Assembly (NCBI RefSeq): GCF_003324675.1
Contig: NZ_CP030918.1
Coordinates: 2,100,001-2,132,000, forward strand
DNA length: 32,000 bases
DNA from: Paracoccus suum
Lineage (GTDB): Bacteria > Pseudomonadota > Alphaproteobacteria > Rhodobacterales > Rhodobacteraceae
Direction: 5' to 3'
Shown here: piece by piece, positions 18,913 through 26,173 of the stretch
Layout: every line of letters starts with the position of its first letter
Numbering within the stretch: position 1 is the stretch's first letter
Notes under the pieces: model-generated
Databases searched by the model: none
Told to the model about the DNA's origin: nothing
What the model saw: only the letters and a program-made list of their open reading frames with translations
Position numbers and translations under genes: made by a program

Positions 18913-19221
18913 ATGCGCGCCCGGATTTATCAGCCTGCCCGCAATGCCATGCAGTCGGGCAGCGCCCGCAATCATTGGGTCCTGGACTATGATCCGACCG
19001 GCGAGCGCGAGATCGATCCGCTGATGGGCTGGACCAGCTCGGGCGATACCCAGCGGCAGGTACGCCTGCGGTTCGAGACTCGCGCCCAGGCCGAGGCCTA
19101 TGCCAAGTCGCGCGGCATCGACTTTGTCGTGCTCGAGAACCAGCGCCGCGCGCCCAATATCCGCTCGCGCGGCTATGCCGAGAACTTCGTTCCCGATCGG
19201 CGGATGCCGTGGACGCATTGA
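18913..19221 (+). CDS. NDUFS4-like 'ETC complex I subunit conserved region' protein
   Basis: [16 protein letters not shown]...NHWVLDY...[12 protein letters not shown]...[13 protein letters not shown] is the conserved alphaproteobacterial NDUFS4-like family. Confidence 0.8.
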   Translation: MRARIYQPARNAMQSGSARNHWVLDYDPTGEREIDPLMGWTSSGDTQRQVRLRFETRAQAEAYAKSRGIDFVVLENQRRAPNIRSRGYAENFVPDRRMPWTH

Positions 19222-19724
19222 CCACGATCGCTATCGCTGAGGCATCGCCGCTCGACGAGGCGGCCGACCTGCTGTTCGCGCGCCACACCGCCGACATGCA
19301 TGCTGACACGCCGCCCGAGTCGATCCATATGCTACCGCGCGAGGCACTGGCCGCGCCCGGCATCAGCTTTTACCTGCTGCGCGTTGATGATGGCGCCGCC
19401 GCCATGGGCGCGCTGAAGCGCAGTGGCAGCTGGGGCGAGTTGAAGTCGATGCATGTGCTGTCCGAATATCGCGGGCAGGGGCTTTCGCACCGTCTGCTGT
19501 CGCATCTGATCGAGGTGGCGCGGGCCGAGGGGCTGGCGCGCCTCTATCTGGAGACGGGCGCCCCGCCGACCTTCGGCGCCGCCCGCGCGCTATATGCCCG
19601 GGCCGGATTCGTCGACTGCCCGCCATTCGGCAACTATGCGCCCGATCCGAACAGCGTCTTCATGACCCTGCCGCTTGCCCCTGCTGACACACCGGTGCAG
19701 AACCGCGCCGGCACGGCCCCGTAG
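19209..19724 (+). CDS. GNAT family N-acetyltransferase
   Basis: Acetyl-CoA motif A region ([38 protein letters not shown]). GTG start overlapping the upstream stop. The 3' end runs 10 nt into tRNA-Arg. Confidence 0.75.
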   Translation: MDALTTIAIAEASPLDEAADLLFARHTADMHADTPPESIHMLPREALAAPGISFYLLRVDDGAAAMGALKRSGSWGELKSMHVLSEYRGQGLSHRLLSHLIEVARAEGLARLYLETGAPPTFGAARALYARAGFVDCPPFGNYAPDPNSVFMTLPLAPADTPVQNRAGTAP

Positions 19725-19791
19725 CTCAACTGGATAGAGCATCCGACTTCTAATCGGATGGTTGCAGGTTCGAGTCCTGCCGGGGTCGCCA
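19715..19791 (+). tRNA. tRNA-Arg (UCU), CCA encoded; probable prophage attachment site
   Basis: Acceptor GGCCCCG/CGGGGTC (one G-T pair), anticodon stem TCCGA/TCGGA with loop CTTCTAA, T-arm GCAGG TTCGAGT CCTGC. Length 77 nt. An integrase gene starts 39 nt downstream. Confidence 0.9.
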
Positions 19792-19829
19792 GCCGCGTTT
19801 TTATCGAAGCGATAACAAACGGTTGGCGG

Positions 19830-20923
19830 CTAAATTGTATCACTTCGGCGCAGTGATACAGCGTTCCCTTCCTGTTCTGTTCCCATTACGAGCCGGCGCG
19901 TCTGCGCCGCTGAGGTATAGCGCTGCGCCTCCGACAGGCTCTTGTGGCCACCCCACGCCATTATCGCATGCGCCGAGCCGCCCGCTTCTGCGATCGCGGT
20001 CAAGCGCGCCTTTCGCAATCCGTGGGCGGTGCGATTCGACAAGCCCGCGGCGCGCGCGGCCTCGCTGATCGTGTTGCTGAGGCCCTTCACGCTTCGAACT
20101 CGGCCATCCACCGCGAGGAAGGTGAAGCCGCCCGCCAGGCAGCGAAGCGAATCGTGGACTTGGGCGCGCTCCGGGGACCAAGCCTGCGCCCAGGCGGGCA
20201 GGGGCATGACCAGGGCACATGGGCCATGCCGCCTGTCTTGGTCTGCCGAAAGGCAAGCACGCCGTCGGTCCCGACATGTGCGGGGCTGAGCACCACGGCG
20301 TCGCAGGTCCTGACCGCGGTCCAGTAGATCAGCTCGAAGCAGGCCCGAGCCGGCGTCCCGATTGGATGCTGCGAGCGAAAGGCGGCAACGTCGTCTGCGC
20401 TCCATGCGATGTGGCCATCAGTGCGAATCCTCCGCTTGGCGACGGCGAGAGAAGGGTCGTCCTGAATGACCCCTTGGCGCACTGCGATTCGGCACAGCAT
20501 GCGCCACGCCTTGAGTCGGGCGTTGGCCGGGTTCGGGTCCAGCTTTTCTAGGTCGGCCTCGATGTGCCGGCGGCGGATGCCAGCAATGGGCAGCGTGCCG
20601 TGTGCGGACCCGATGCCATCAGTCGCCCGCAGGATGATTGACTGATAAAGCGGTGACAGCGCTTTCCACTCGGCGCCTTGCCGCATCGACCGGATGGCCG
20701 CCGCAATTGTGCCCTCCCTGATCGGCGCGCGGCGCGCGGCGCGCGCCTGTGGGTCGTCGGCATCAGCTTCCGCCCGGGCCCAGGCTGCGATGAAGTCGGG
20801 GTGCGTCTCCGGGAGGTCATCGGGCAGGCGAGTGCCCGTGGCGCGATGGTAGCGGACCACGCGGTCCCCGCGCCTCTGGCGACGGATGCCCTTCAATTTC
20901 GGATACCAAACGCCCTGTCGCAC
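19830..20923 (-). pseudogene. int: tyrosine integrase interrupted by a -1/+1 frameshift (or sequencing error)
   Basis: The N-terminal part sits in the frame of ORF 20087..20923 (ARACFELIYWTAVRTCD carries Arg I; FRQTKTGGMAHVP). The C-terminal part sits in the frame of ORF 19830..20405 (HGLRKA, WGGHKSLSEAQRYT carries catalytic His/Tyr). The total span of 1094 nt is not a multiple of 3. The frames switch at the G-run 20213-20215. Confidence 0.7.
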
Positions 20924-21138
20924 GCATCTTCCTCGGCCTCGATATTGGGCTGCCCCTCAGAAGGCAGGGCGTAGGCATAGGCGTCAAGATCGTCGCGAAG
21001 ATAGAGGCGGCGCGCGCCCAAGACGCGGCGGGGGATGGACAAGGCACGAAGGGTGTTGGCGGACACGCCGATGTAGCGCGCGGCCTCGGCCTCGCCCAGC
21101 AGCCGGGGCAGGTAGGTGAGGTTGGCGCGCGCGGTCAT
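20893..21138 (-). CDS. excisionase-like / AlpA-MerR-type helix-turn-helix protein
   Basis: The LGEAEAARYIGVSANTLRAL HTH block, the small size (81 aa), and the position immediately upstream of and overlapping int. Confidence 0.6.
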   Translation of the reverse strand: MTARANLTYLPRLLGEAEAARYIGVSANTLRALSIPRRVLGARRLYLRDDLDAYAYALPSEGQPNIEAEEDACDRAFGIRN

Positions 21139-21719
21139 TAGATTGTCCCCGCAGCAAGCCGCCCCGCATCCCGCGCGGCGTTGAGGTCAACGGATGCCCC
21201 GCCCGCGGCACGCGCCTTGCTCTTATATGCTGCGTCGATCTGGTCGCTCGTGGCGTTGGCTTCCACGCCGAGGACAACCCACCACGCGCGCGCAGCGACT
21301 TCGGCACCGGCGCCGGGTGGCGGAAGGGCAGCAAAGCCTTCGAATGCCTGATCCACGATCTGGCCTGCCCCCCATCGCTCCATGTCGCGATAAGCTTTCA
21401 CCGAAAGGCCAACTGCTCGGATGTTCTCAAAGGGAAGGGTGAAGCTGTCACACGACAGGCAGACCAGCCGCTTCTTCCGCACGAAATAGACGGCGACGCC
21501 CGGATCATCGAGCCGATCATCCAAGGCGTCAGCGTAGGGCGCGCCGTCGCGCCGGAGCGGGGCGTTGCTACTGACGACCACATTGCCCGCGCCGTAGCGG
21601 CGCAACTCTTCCATCAGATCCTCGTATGCGGTCCGAGGCGTGACTTTGAACGCGCTCTTGACGCGGGCCTTGGTCCTCGGCCGCCCGACAGGCCATTGAA
21701 GCGGGAAAGCTTGGGTCAT
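21138..21719 (-). CDS. phage protein with C-terminal J-domain-like helix (no HPD motif)
   Basis: AWWVVLGVEANATSDQIDAAYKSKARAAGG resembles J-domain helices I-II, but no His-Pro-Asp follows. The N-terminal 150 aa are of unknown fold. The ATG at 21719 overlaps the upstream TGA (ATGA). Confidence 0.4.
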   Translation of the reverse strand: MTQAFPLQWPVGRPRTKARVKSAFKVTPRTAYEDLMEELRRYGAGNVVVSSNAPLRRDGAPYADALDDRLDDPGVAVYFVRKKRLVCLSCDSFTLPFENIRAVGLSVKAYRDMERWGAGQIVDQAFEGFAALPPPGAGAEVAARAWWVVLGVEANATSDQIDAAYKSKARAAGGASVDLNAARDAGRLAAGTI

Positions 21720-22069
21720 CAGCGCCTCCCCGGCGGCCGGGAGCCGTTGCACGCGGCATAGGCACCCTTTGAATATCGCGGCCAGTCCTTGGCCTGTCCC
21801 GCCGCGACCATGACGCAGGCGATGTCCCTGCCGTCTGGCAGCACGCAGCGGCTGACGGTGCGGCCGTAGCGGTCAGGGCCCCGGTCGTCACAGGCGAGCA
21901 CCTTGCCATCGATCAGGGCGGCCATGGCTGCGCTGGAGGCGGGGCCGTAGGGGTCCATCCGCTCTGGTGCGTCGATCCCCCAGATGCGCACGCGCAGGTC
22001 ACCCGCGCGCAGGGTGTCGCCGTCGACGGCGAGGGCCCCGATCAGGCAGAGGGCAGCGAGGCAGGTCAT
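21719..22069 (-). CDS. exported thermonuclease (SNase-like) family protein
   Basis: Hydrophobic N-terminus MTCLAALCLIGALA, then VDGDTLRAGDLRVRIWGIDAPE ... DRYGRTVSRC, which are typical staphylococcal-nuclease homologue blocks. ATGA overlap at both ends. Confidence 0.75.
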   Translation of the reverse strand: MTCLAALCLIGALAVDGDTLRAGDLRVRIWGIDAPERMDPYGPASSAAMAALIDGKVLACDDRGPDRYGRTVSRCVLPDGRDIACVMVAAGQAKDWPRYSKGAYAACNGSRPPGRR

Positions 22070-22404
22070 CAGCGTCCGCGCTCCTCGTTCGTCACCACGC
22101 GCAGGGCTTCGCGGCGGACCCGCCGATGGGCCGCGTTCTTGAGATCGTGCAGCGGGGCGCCCTCGTCCAGTTCCTTGGATACGGCGTGCGCCAATCGCTC
22201 GGCGCGGGATCCATCCCCCGCATGGCCGATCGGTCCATCCAGCATCCCTTCCGGTATCGGCCGCGGACTGGCACGATAGAGGCGGTCGTCCTCCGCAAAA
22301 TCGCACACGCAGATCACTTCGACGCCCTCGTCCGCAAAGACCTCGAAGTCCCCGCCAATGTTCACGTTGATCGCCACGCGGAGCAGCTTCCGCTTGTCAG
22401 CCAT
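22069..22404 (-). CDS. hypothetical phage protein
   Basis: High GC3 and an ATGA junction downstream. No motif recognised (MADKRKLLRVAINVNIGGDFEVFADEG...). Confidence 0.5.
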   Translation of the reverse strand: MADKRKLLRVAINVNIGGDFEVFADEGVEVICVCDFAEDDRLYRASPRPIPEGMLDGPIGHAGDGSRAERLAHAVSKELDEGAPLHDLKNAAHRRVRREALRVVTNEERGR

Positions 22405-22864
22405 CGCTCCGGCCCTCCAGCGCGGCACGGGCGCGTTCCCCGCCGTCAGCGGAAAGTGCGTGGCGTGCAGCATCTCCATCGGGTATGCCGCCTAGCTTGA
22501 TACACAGCCGAACCCGCGCTTCATACCATTCCAGTGCCACCCGCATTCGCTCGATCTCGGCCGACAGTTGCGCCTCGCGCTCCAGCGAGGCGGTCAGGGC
22601 GGCGTGCAGGTCGGGGGCGGCGGAGATTAGACGGGCCCCTGCCTCGCATGTAGAAGCCTGCTCATCCAGTAGTTCGCTGGCCCATGCCACCAATCCTCTG
22701 GTTGGATTGCCGGGGAGAGGTCCGCAGTCGGTTCGGGCCGCGATGATGGCCACGCCGTTTTCGGCGGGATTATATTTTCCGTCAGTCCACCACGGCCCCG
22801 GCGTCCATCCGGTCAGCCTTTCCAGCAGTTCGCGGGCGCGCTCGGGTGTCCAGTCAGCGGGCAT
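22397..22864 (-). CDS. hypothetical phage protein, ead/Ea22-like pattern
   Basis: The GPWW...(V)AIIAAR...ARLISAAPDLHAAL pattern is reminiscent of ead/Ea22-like prophage proteins, with a coiled-coil tail. The family call is tentative. Confidence 0.35.
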   Translation of the reverse strand: MPADWTPERARELLERLTGWTPGPWWTDGKYNPAENGVAIIAARTDCGPLPGNPTRGLVAWASELLDEQASTCEAGARLISAAPDLHAALTASLEREAQLSAEIERMRVALEWYEARVRLCIKLGGIPDGDAARHALSADGGERARAALEGRSDG

Positions 22865-23156
22865 TGCGCGCCCCCTTGTCCGAGGACGCCTCTGTCAAGG
22901 CGTCCAGCCCTTTAGATTTTCGCCATGGCTCGTAGGTGTGATCGCCGTCTAGAACGATGCGCATAGCCATGACTGCGACCTGGATTGCTTCTTCGCGGAC
23001 ACGCTCCGCCGGTTCTTCAAAGATGGCTGTCGCGAGTTCGCCCACTTCCTCAACAAGCGCCGCGAACGTGACGTTCTTACCGGGGAACTTGGCACGCGCC
23101 CGCTCCAATTCCAAAGTGATTTCAGCGGCCAAGTCTTCGGGTCGATTAGCACTCAT
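22854..23156 (-). CDS. MazG-like nucleoside triphosphate pyrophosphohydrolase domain protein
   Basis: EExxE motif (LVEEVGELATA), a second acidic helix (REEAIQVAVMAMR) and ~100 aa, typical of phage MazG-like proteins. The ATG at 23156 overlaps the upstream TGA. Confidence 0.5.
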   Translation of the reverse strand: MSANRPEDLAAEITLELERARAKFPGKNVTFAALVEEVGELATAIFEEPAERVREEAIQVAVMAMRIVLDGDHTYEPWRKSKGLDALTEASSDKGARNAR

Positions 23157-23533
23157 TTCTCGTCCCCTTGCCCAAATGCGGCCTCGATCATCTCGACCGC
23201 GCCCATGTCGTGATCGGCCAGCAGCGCAGCGACGCGCGGCAGGAAATCGGTGTCCGGGCCATTCGTCGCCACCCACAGCGCCTTGTTCCCGTGGATCGAG
23301 AACGGACCCTCGCGATGGTGTCGGGCGCAAAGCGGGATCGTGTCGAAGTCGGACACCCGGCGCTGGCCGAACCGGCCGCTGATGCAATGATGGACTTCAA
23401 CGGGCCGGGCACCGCAGATGATGCAAGGCAGCTGGGCGACGCGAGCCATATGCGCGCGACCAGCAGCGCGGTCGGCGGCGGTGGGGCCGTCTGGCTTGAG
23501 ACCAACGGGACCGCGACGAGCGAGGTTACTCAT
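23153..23533 (-). CDS. Ref-like / DUF968-type HNH recombination-enhancement nuclease
   Basis: LPCIICGARPVEVHHC...SDFDTIPLCARHH is a Cys/His HNH-like arrangement, as in the phage P1 Ref family (from memory). Confidence 0.55.
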   Translation of the reverse strand: MSNLARRGPVGLKPDGPTAADRAAGRAHMARVAQLPCIICGARPVEVHHCISGRFGQRRVSDFDTIPLCARHHREGPFSIHGNKALWVATNGPDTDFLPRVAALLADHDMGAVEMIEAAFGQGDEK

Positions 23534-23928
23534 GCCGCCACCTCGCCTGGTCCCGACCACCGGACCCCGTGCCGGTCGCCATACTCCGCGATGAAGGTGA
23601 TCAGGTCCGCCATCTGCGCCTTGGTCAGCCGCGAGGAACGGAAGCCGGCAGGGAACGGCGGATTGCCGTCCAGCCCCGGCTGCCACATGATCTCGTGCCC
23701 CAGCGCTGACATGAACGCGGCTTTCCATGTCTCCGTGGGCATCTTCCGACCCTCGGGCGCCGCGCGCGCGATATCCGAGAGCATCGCCCACATCTTTGCG
23801 TTTTGCTCTGACGAGCGGGTGGCCTCGCGGATGTTGGCCACCGCACCTGCCGGCGCGATGTCGATCAGGTGCTTGGCGAGGATGCGCTGATCCAGATCGG
23901 CGAGGATGACGGTCTGTCCTTGCATCAT
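23530..23928 (-). CDS. ninB: NinB/Orf family recombination mediator
   Basis: RSSEQNAKMWAMLSDIAR...ETWKAAFMSAL...SSRLTKAQMADLITFIAEYGDRHGVRWS aligns closely with lambda NinB as I remember it (RSLDQNRKLWACLGDVSR...ESWKCVFTAAL...TSRMRVGEFAELLELIQAFGTERGVKWS). Confidence 0.8.
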   Translation of the reverse strand: MMQGQTVILADLDQRILAKHLIDIAPAGAVANIREATRSSEQNAKMWAMLSDIARAAPEGRKMPTETWKAAFMSALGHEIMWQPGLDGNPPFPAGFRSSRLTKAQMADLITFIAEYGDRHGVRWSGPGEVAA

Positions 23929-24140
23929 CCCCCCCAATCCGTGTTGAACCGGGTGCGCCACACGGCCTGCACGGCGGCAGAGACAATGCCCCGCTCGTCC
24001 TCGTCGGCGTCCTTGGGCGCCAACAGCCGGGCAACCTCGGGCAGTATCTCCGGGTCATAGCCGGCCAGCTCGGCCACCTTGTGGATCGCGTCCACGATGG
24101 CGTTTTCAGATGGGATCGCGTGCGTCACAGCATCACGCAC
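23925..24140 (-). CDS. hypothetical phage protein (71 aa)
   Basis: Good GC3. It overlaps the ssb 3' end by 16 nt and forms an ATGA junction with ninB. Confidence 0.45.
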   Translation of the reverse strand: MRDAVTHAIPSENAIVDAIHKVAELAGYDPEILPEVARLLAPKDADEDERGIVSAAVQAVWRTRFNTDWGG

Positions 24141-24523
24141 GGGGCAAATGGGATGTCGTCGTCAAAGGTCGGGGCGTTGCTCGGCGCGCCGCCGGCCGGA
24201 GCGCCGCTGGCGCGGGCGCCCCCGGTCTGTTGGCTGCCACCCAGCAGAGTGACCTGATCGGCGCGAACGGTCAGGTAAGTGCGGCCCTCGTGCTCTCGCG
24301 TGGACAGATCTCCAGACACGGCAACACGGCCGCCTTTTGTCAGATACTGCGCCAGGGCCTCGCCGCGTTTCCCCCACAGCGAGCAGTCGAACCAGATCGT
24401 GCGCTTTTCCTGCCCGGCACGTTCCTCGACGGCGACAGTCCAACTGGTGACCTTGTCACCGCCCTGCGTGGTGCGGGTCACAGCGTCTTTGCCGATATTC
24501 CCGGCGACAGTGATCGTCTTCAT
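24125..24523 (-). CDS. ssb: single-stranded DNA-binding protein
   Basis: OB-fold N-terminus (MKTITVAGNIGKDAV...WFDCSLWGKRGEALAQYLTKGGRVAVSG), a Gly/Ala-rich linker and the acidic DDDIPF motif. AGGAGG lies upstream of ATG 24523. Confidence 0.88.
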   Translation of the reverse strand: MKTITVAGNIGKDAVTRTTQGGDKVTSWTVAVEERAGQEKRTIWFDCSLWGKRGEALAQYLTKGGRVAVSGDLSTREHEGRTYLTVRADQVTLLGGSQQTGGARASGAPAGGAPSNAPTFDDDIPFAPCVML

Positions 24524-25134
24524 CACGCGGCCTCCTTGTTCTGGATCAGGTGTGTCTTCCGAACAGCCGCCGCCGCTTTCACGCGCTCGTCCTGTCCGAC
24601 GTGTTGAGGCAGCGCGCGCCACGCGGCGGTCAGCGCTTCCACGGTTGTCGCAGCGGCCATGATCGCGACCGCACGCTCGACATCGGCCGGGGACGCATCC
24701 ACCCCGACATCGGCGCGGGACTTGTCGTAGAGGGCGAGGCCGAAGGGGTTGCCGAAGGTCATCAGCGCCCGCTTCATGGCGTCCGTCTCTGCCTCCTTCA
24801 GTGCGCTTTCGTGCGCCTGGCCAACGTCCCGGTCGATGCCCTGGCCAAACCCGCAGCCTTCACGGACCACCGGGGGGCCATCGAGCCACACGGTGATGCG
24901 GACGCGGGCGAGGTATTCGACACGGAACTTGCCTTCGGTCTCGCGAGGCTCGCCCAACTGGCGCAGTTCGACAGTTTCACGCGCCCATGCGCCGTGACCG
25001 AAAATTCGGTTCGCCTCGGCGATCGCGTGCCAGCCCTCCACATACTGGACCTGCCCGCCGCCCTGCTTGCGGCTGCTGACGTGCTTCGGGTCGAGCTTGC
25101 GGGTCAGGGCATCTGTTGCGGTGAGCCAATCCAT
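24523..25134 (-). CDS. Rad52/Rad22-family single-strand annealing protein
   Basis: QGGGQVQYVEGWHAIAEANRIFGHGAWARETV...KEAETDAMKRALMTFGNPFGLALYD are typical phage Rad52-like SSAP blocks. Confidence 0.75.
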   Translation of the reverse strand: MDWLTATDALTRKLDPKHVSSRKQGGGQVQYVEGWHAIAEANRIFGHGAWARETVELRQLGEPRETEGKFRVEYLARVRITVWLDGPPVVREGCGFGQGIDRDVGQAHESALKEAETDAMKRALMTFGNPFGLALYDKSRADVGVDASPADVERAVAIMAAATTVEALTAAWRALPQHVGQDERVKAAAAVRKTHLIQNKEAA

Positions 25135-25625
25135 CACGCCACCCGCATGCTGATGCTGTCCGACCCGCGCGCCAGCACGGCACCCGGCACATCCTCGCCG
25201 GCCTCCAGGGCCTTGCGGATCGCGGTGGCGTCGGGCTGCCGCTTGATCTGGCACAGCTGGGTCGGGACGGCGTCGGGATCCACGATATCTGCATGTGTGC
25301 GGCCTGCCGTGCGGCTGACGGTCGCCCGGGGTCGCTCAATCTTGCGCACCTGCATGGCGTCCAGCAGTTCACCGATGACTTGTCGGCCCCGTGCGGCACG
25401 ATCCGCGTAGCGCTTGGCCCGGGCCTGCAACTGCTTGGCCTCGACGCTCGCGGCCTCGCTCATCGTCTCGTCGCGAAGAACGCTGCGGATCAGCCGATCG
25501 GCAATGTCCAAGGCGTCTGTCTCGCCGTCGAGCGTGTCCAGATACCCGGCCTCGGTTTCGGGGTCGTCGGTCTCGGCGATCTGCGCGGACCAGCGGCGGA
25601 TATGGTCGAGATCGATCATCCGCAT
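25134..25625 (-). CDS. Siphovirus Gp157-like protein
   Basis: The pattern E..YLDTLDGETDAL...coiled coil (EAKQLQARAKRYADRA) and the position immediately upstream of the SSAP gene fit the Gp157 family. ATGA junctions at both ends. Confidence 0.55.
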   Translation of the reverse strand: MRMIDLDHIRRWSAQIAETDDPETEAGYLDTLDGETDALDIADRLIRSVLRDETMSEAASVEAKQLQARAKRYADRAARGRQVIGELLDAMQVRKIERPRATVSRTAGRTHADIVDPDAVPTQLCQIKRQPDATAIRKALEAGEDVPGAVLARGSDSISMRVA

Positions 25626-25840
25626 CACACCAGCCCCCACACTTCGCGCGCCGCGCGGTGCTCGGCATTGGCGCGGCTGACGCCATCGCGCACCACCGCC
25701 ATGAAGGTCGCCCTCTGCGGGGCGTCCGGGTTCGCGCGGTTGTAGCGGGCCATCTCTTCCGCGATGGCGCAGAGCACGGCCGATGGCGTCGGGTGCTGAT
25801 GAGGGCCGGGATGATCCGGCATCTGGCTCATGGCGTTCAT
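25625..25840 (-). CDS. hypothetical phage protein (71 aa)
   Basis: GAGAGGA lies upstream of ATG 25840. It is the first gene after an apparent operon break. Confidence 0.5.
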   Translation of the reverse strand: MNAMSQMPDHPGPHQHPTPSAVLCAIAEEMARYNRANPDAPQRATFMAVVRDGVSRANAEHRAAREVWGLV

Positions 25841-25868
25841 GGCGTCCTCTCGGGGATGGGATGGCCGC

Positions 25869-25900
25869 CCCGGCTGCGGTCGTGTTCGGTCAGCCGGGGC
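25869..25900 (-). other. perfect 9-bp hairpin in the leader upstream of gene 25625..25840
   Basis: ccccggctg (25869-25877) / cagccgggg (25892-25900) with a 14-nt loop. Confidence 0.35.
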
Positions 25901-25924
25901 GGGTGCCGCGGGAGTGCGGCGGGA

Positions 25925-25962
25925 ATAAAAGGCCGGCGACGTGCGGCGCAGAGGCCGCCGGC
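25925..25962 (-). terminator. weak terminator candidate after the small TM gene
   Basis: gccggcg (25932-25938) / cgccggc (25956-25962). On the minus strand cttttatt follows. The 17-nt loop is long, so support is only moderate. Confidence 0.3.
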
Positions 25963-25999
25963 AGTTGGCGCGGGAGATACAGGCACCCCGCGCGGGCAG

Positions 26000-26173
26000 T
26001 CACATCAGCAGCAGCCCGGCCACCGCCACGGCCAGGGCGCCGGTCACGCAGTAGGTGACAACAAGGGCGGTGACGAAGTGGCGCTCGACCTCGGCCTCCG
26101 CCGCCGTCCGTTCCATCATGTCGCGGCGCTCGGCGAACCATTCGTCCAGATGGGAAGGGGTGCGGGTGTCCAT
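26000..26173 (-). CDS. small tail-anchored membrane protein (57 aa), not in the supplied ORF track
   Basis: My translation: MDTRTPSHLDEWFAERRDMMERTAAEAEVERHFVTALVVTYCVTGALAVAVAGLLLM. The ATG at 26173 overlaps the upstream TGA (ATGA). GC3 is high. Confidence 0.5.
   Translation of the reverse strand: MDTRTPSHLDEWFAERRDMMERTAAEAEVERHFVTALVVTYCVTGALAVAVAGLLLM

Noticed and set aside
19836-19860. An 8-bp hairpin (tgtatcac / gtgataca) at the integrase 3' end, as a possible terminator or att-associated structure.
   Set aside because: It lies within the last integrase codons, has a short AT-containing stem and no T-tract. It cannot be distinguished from chance.
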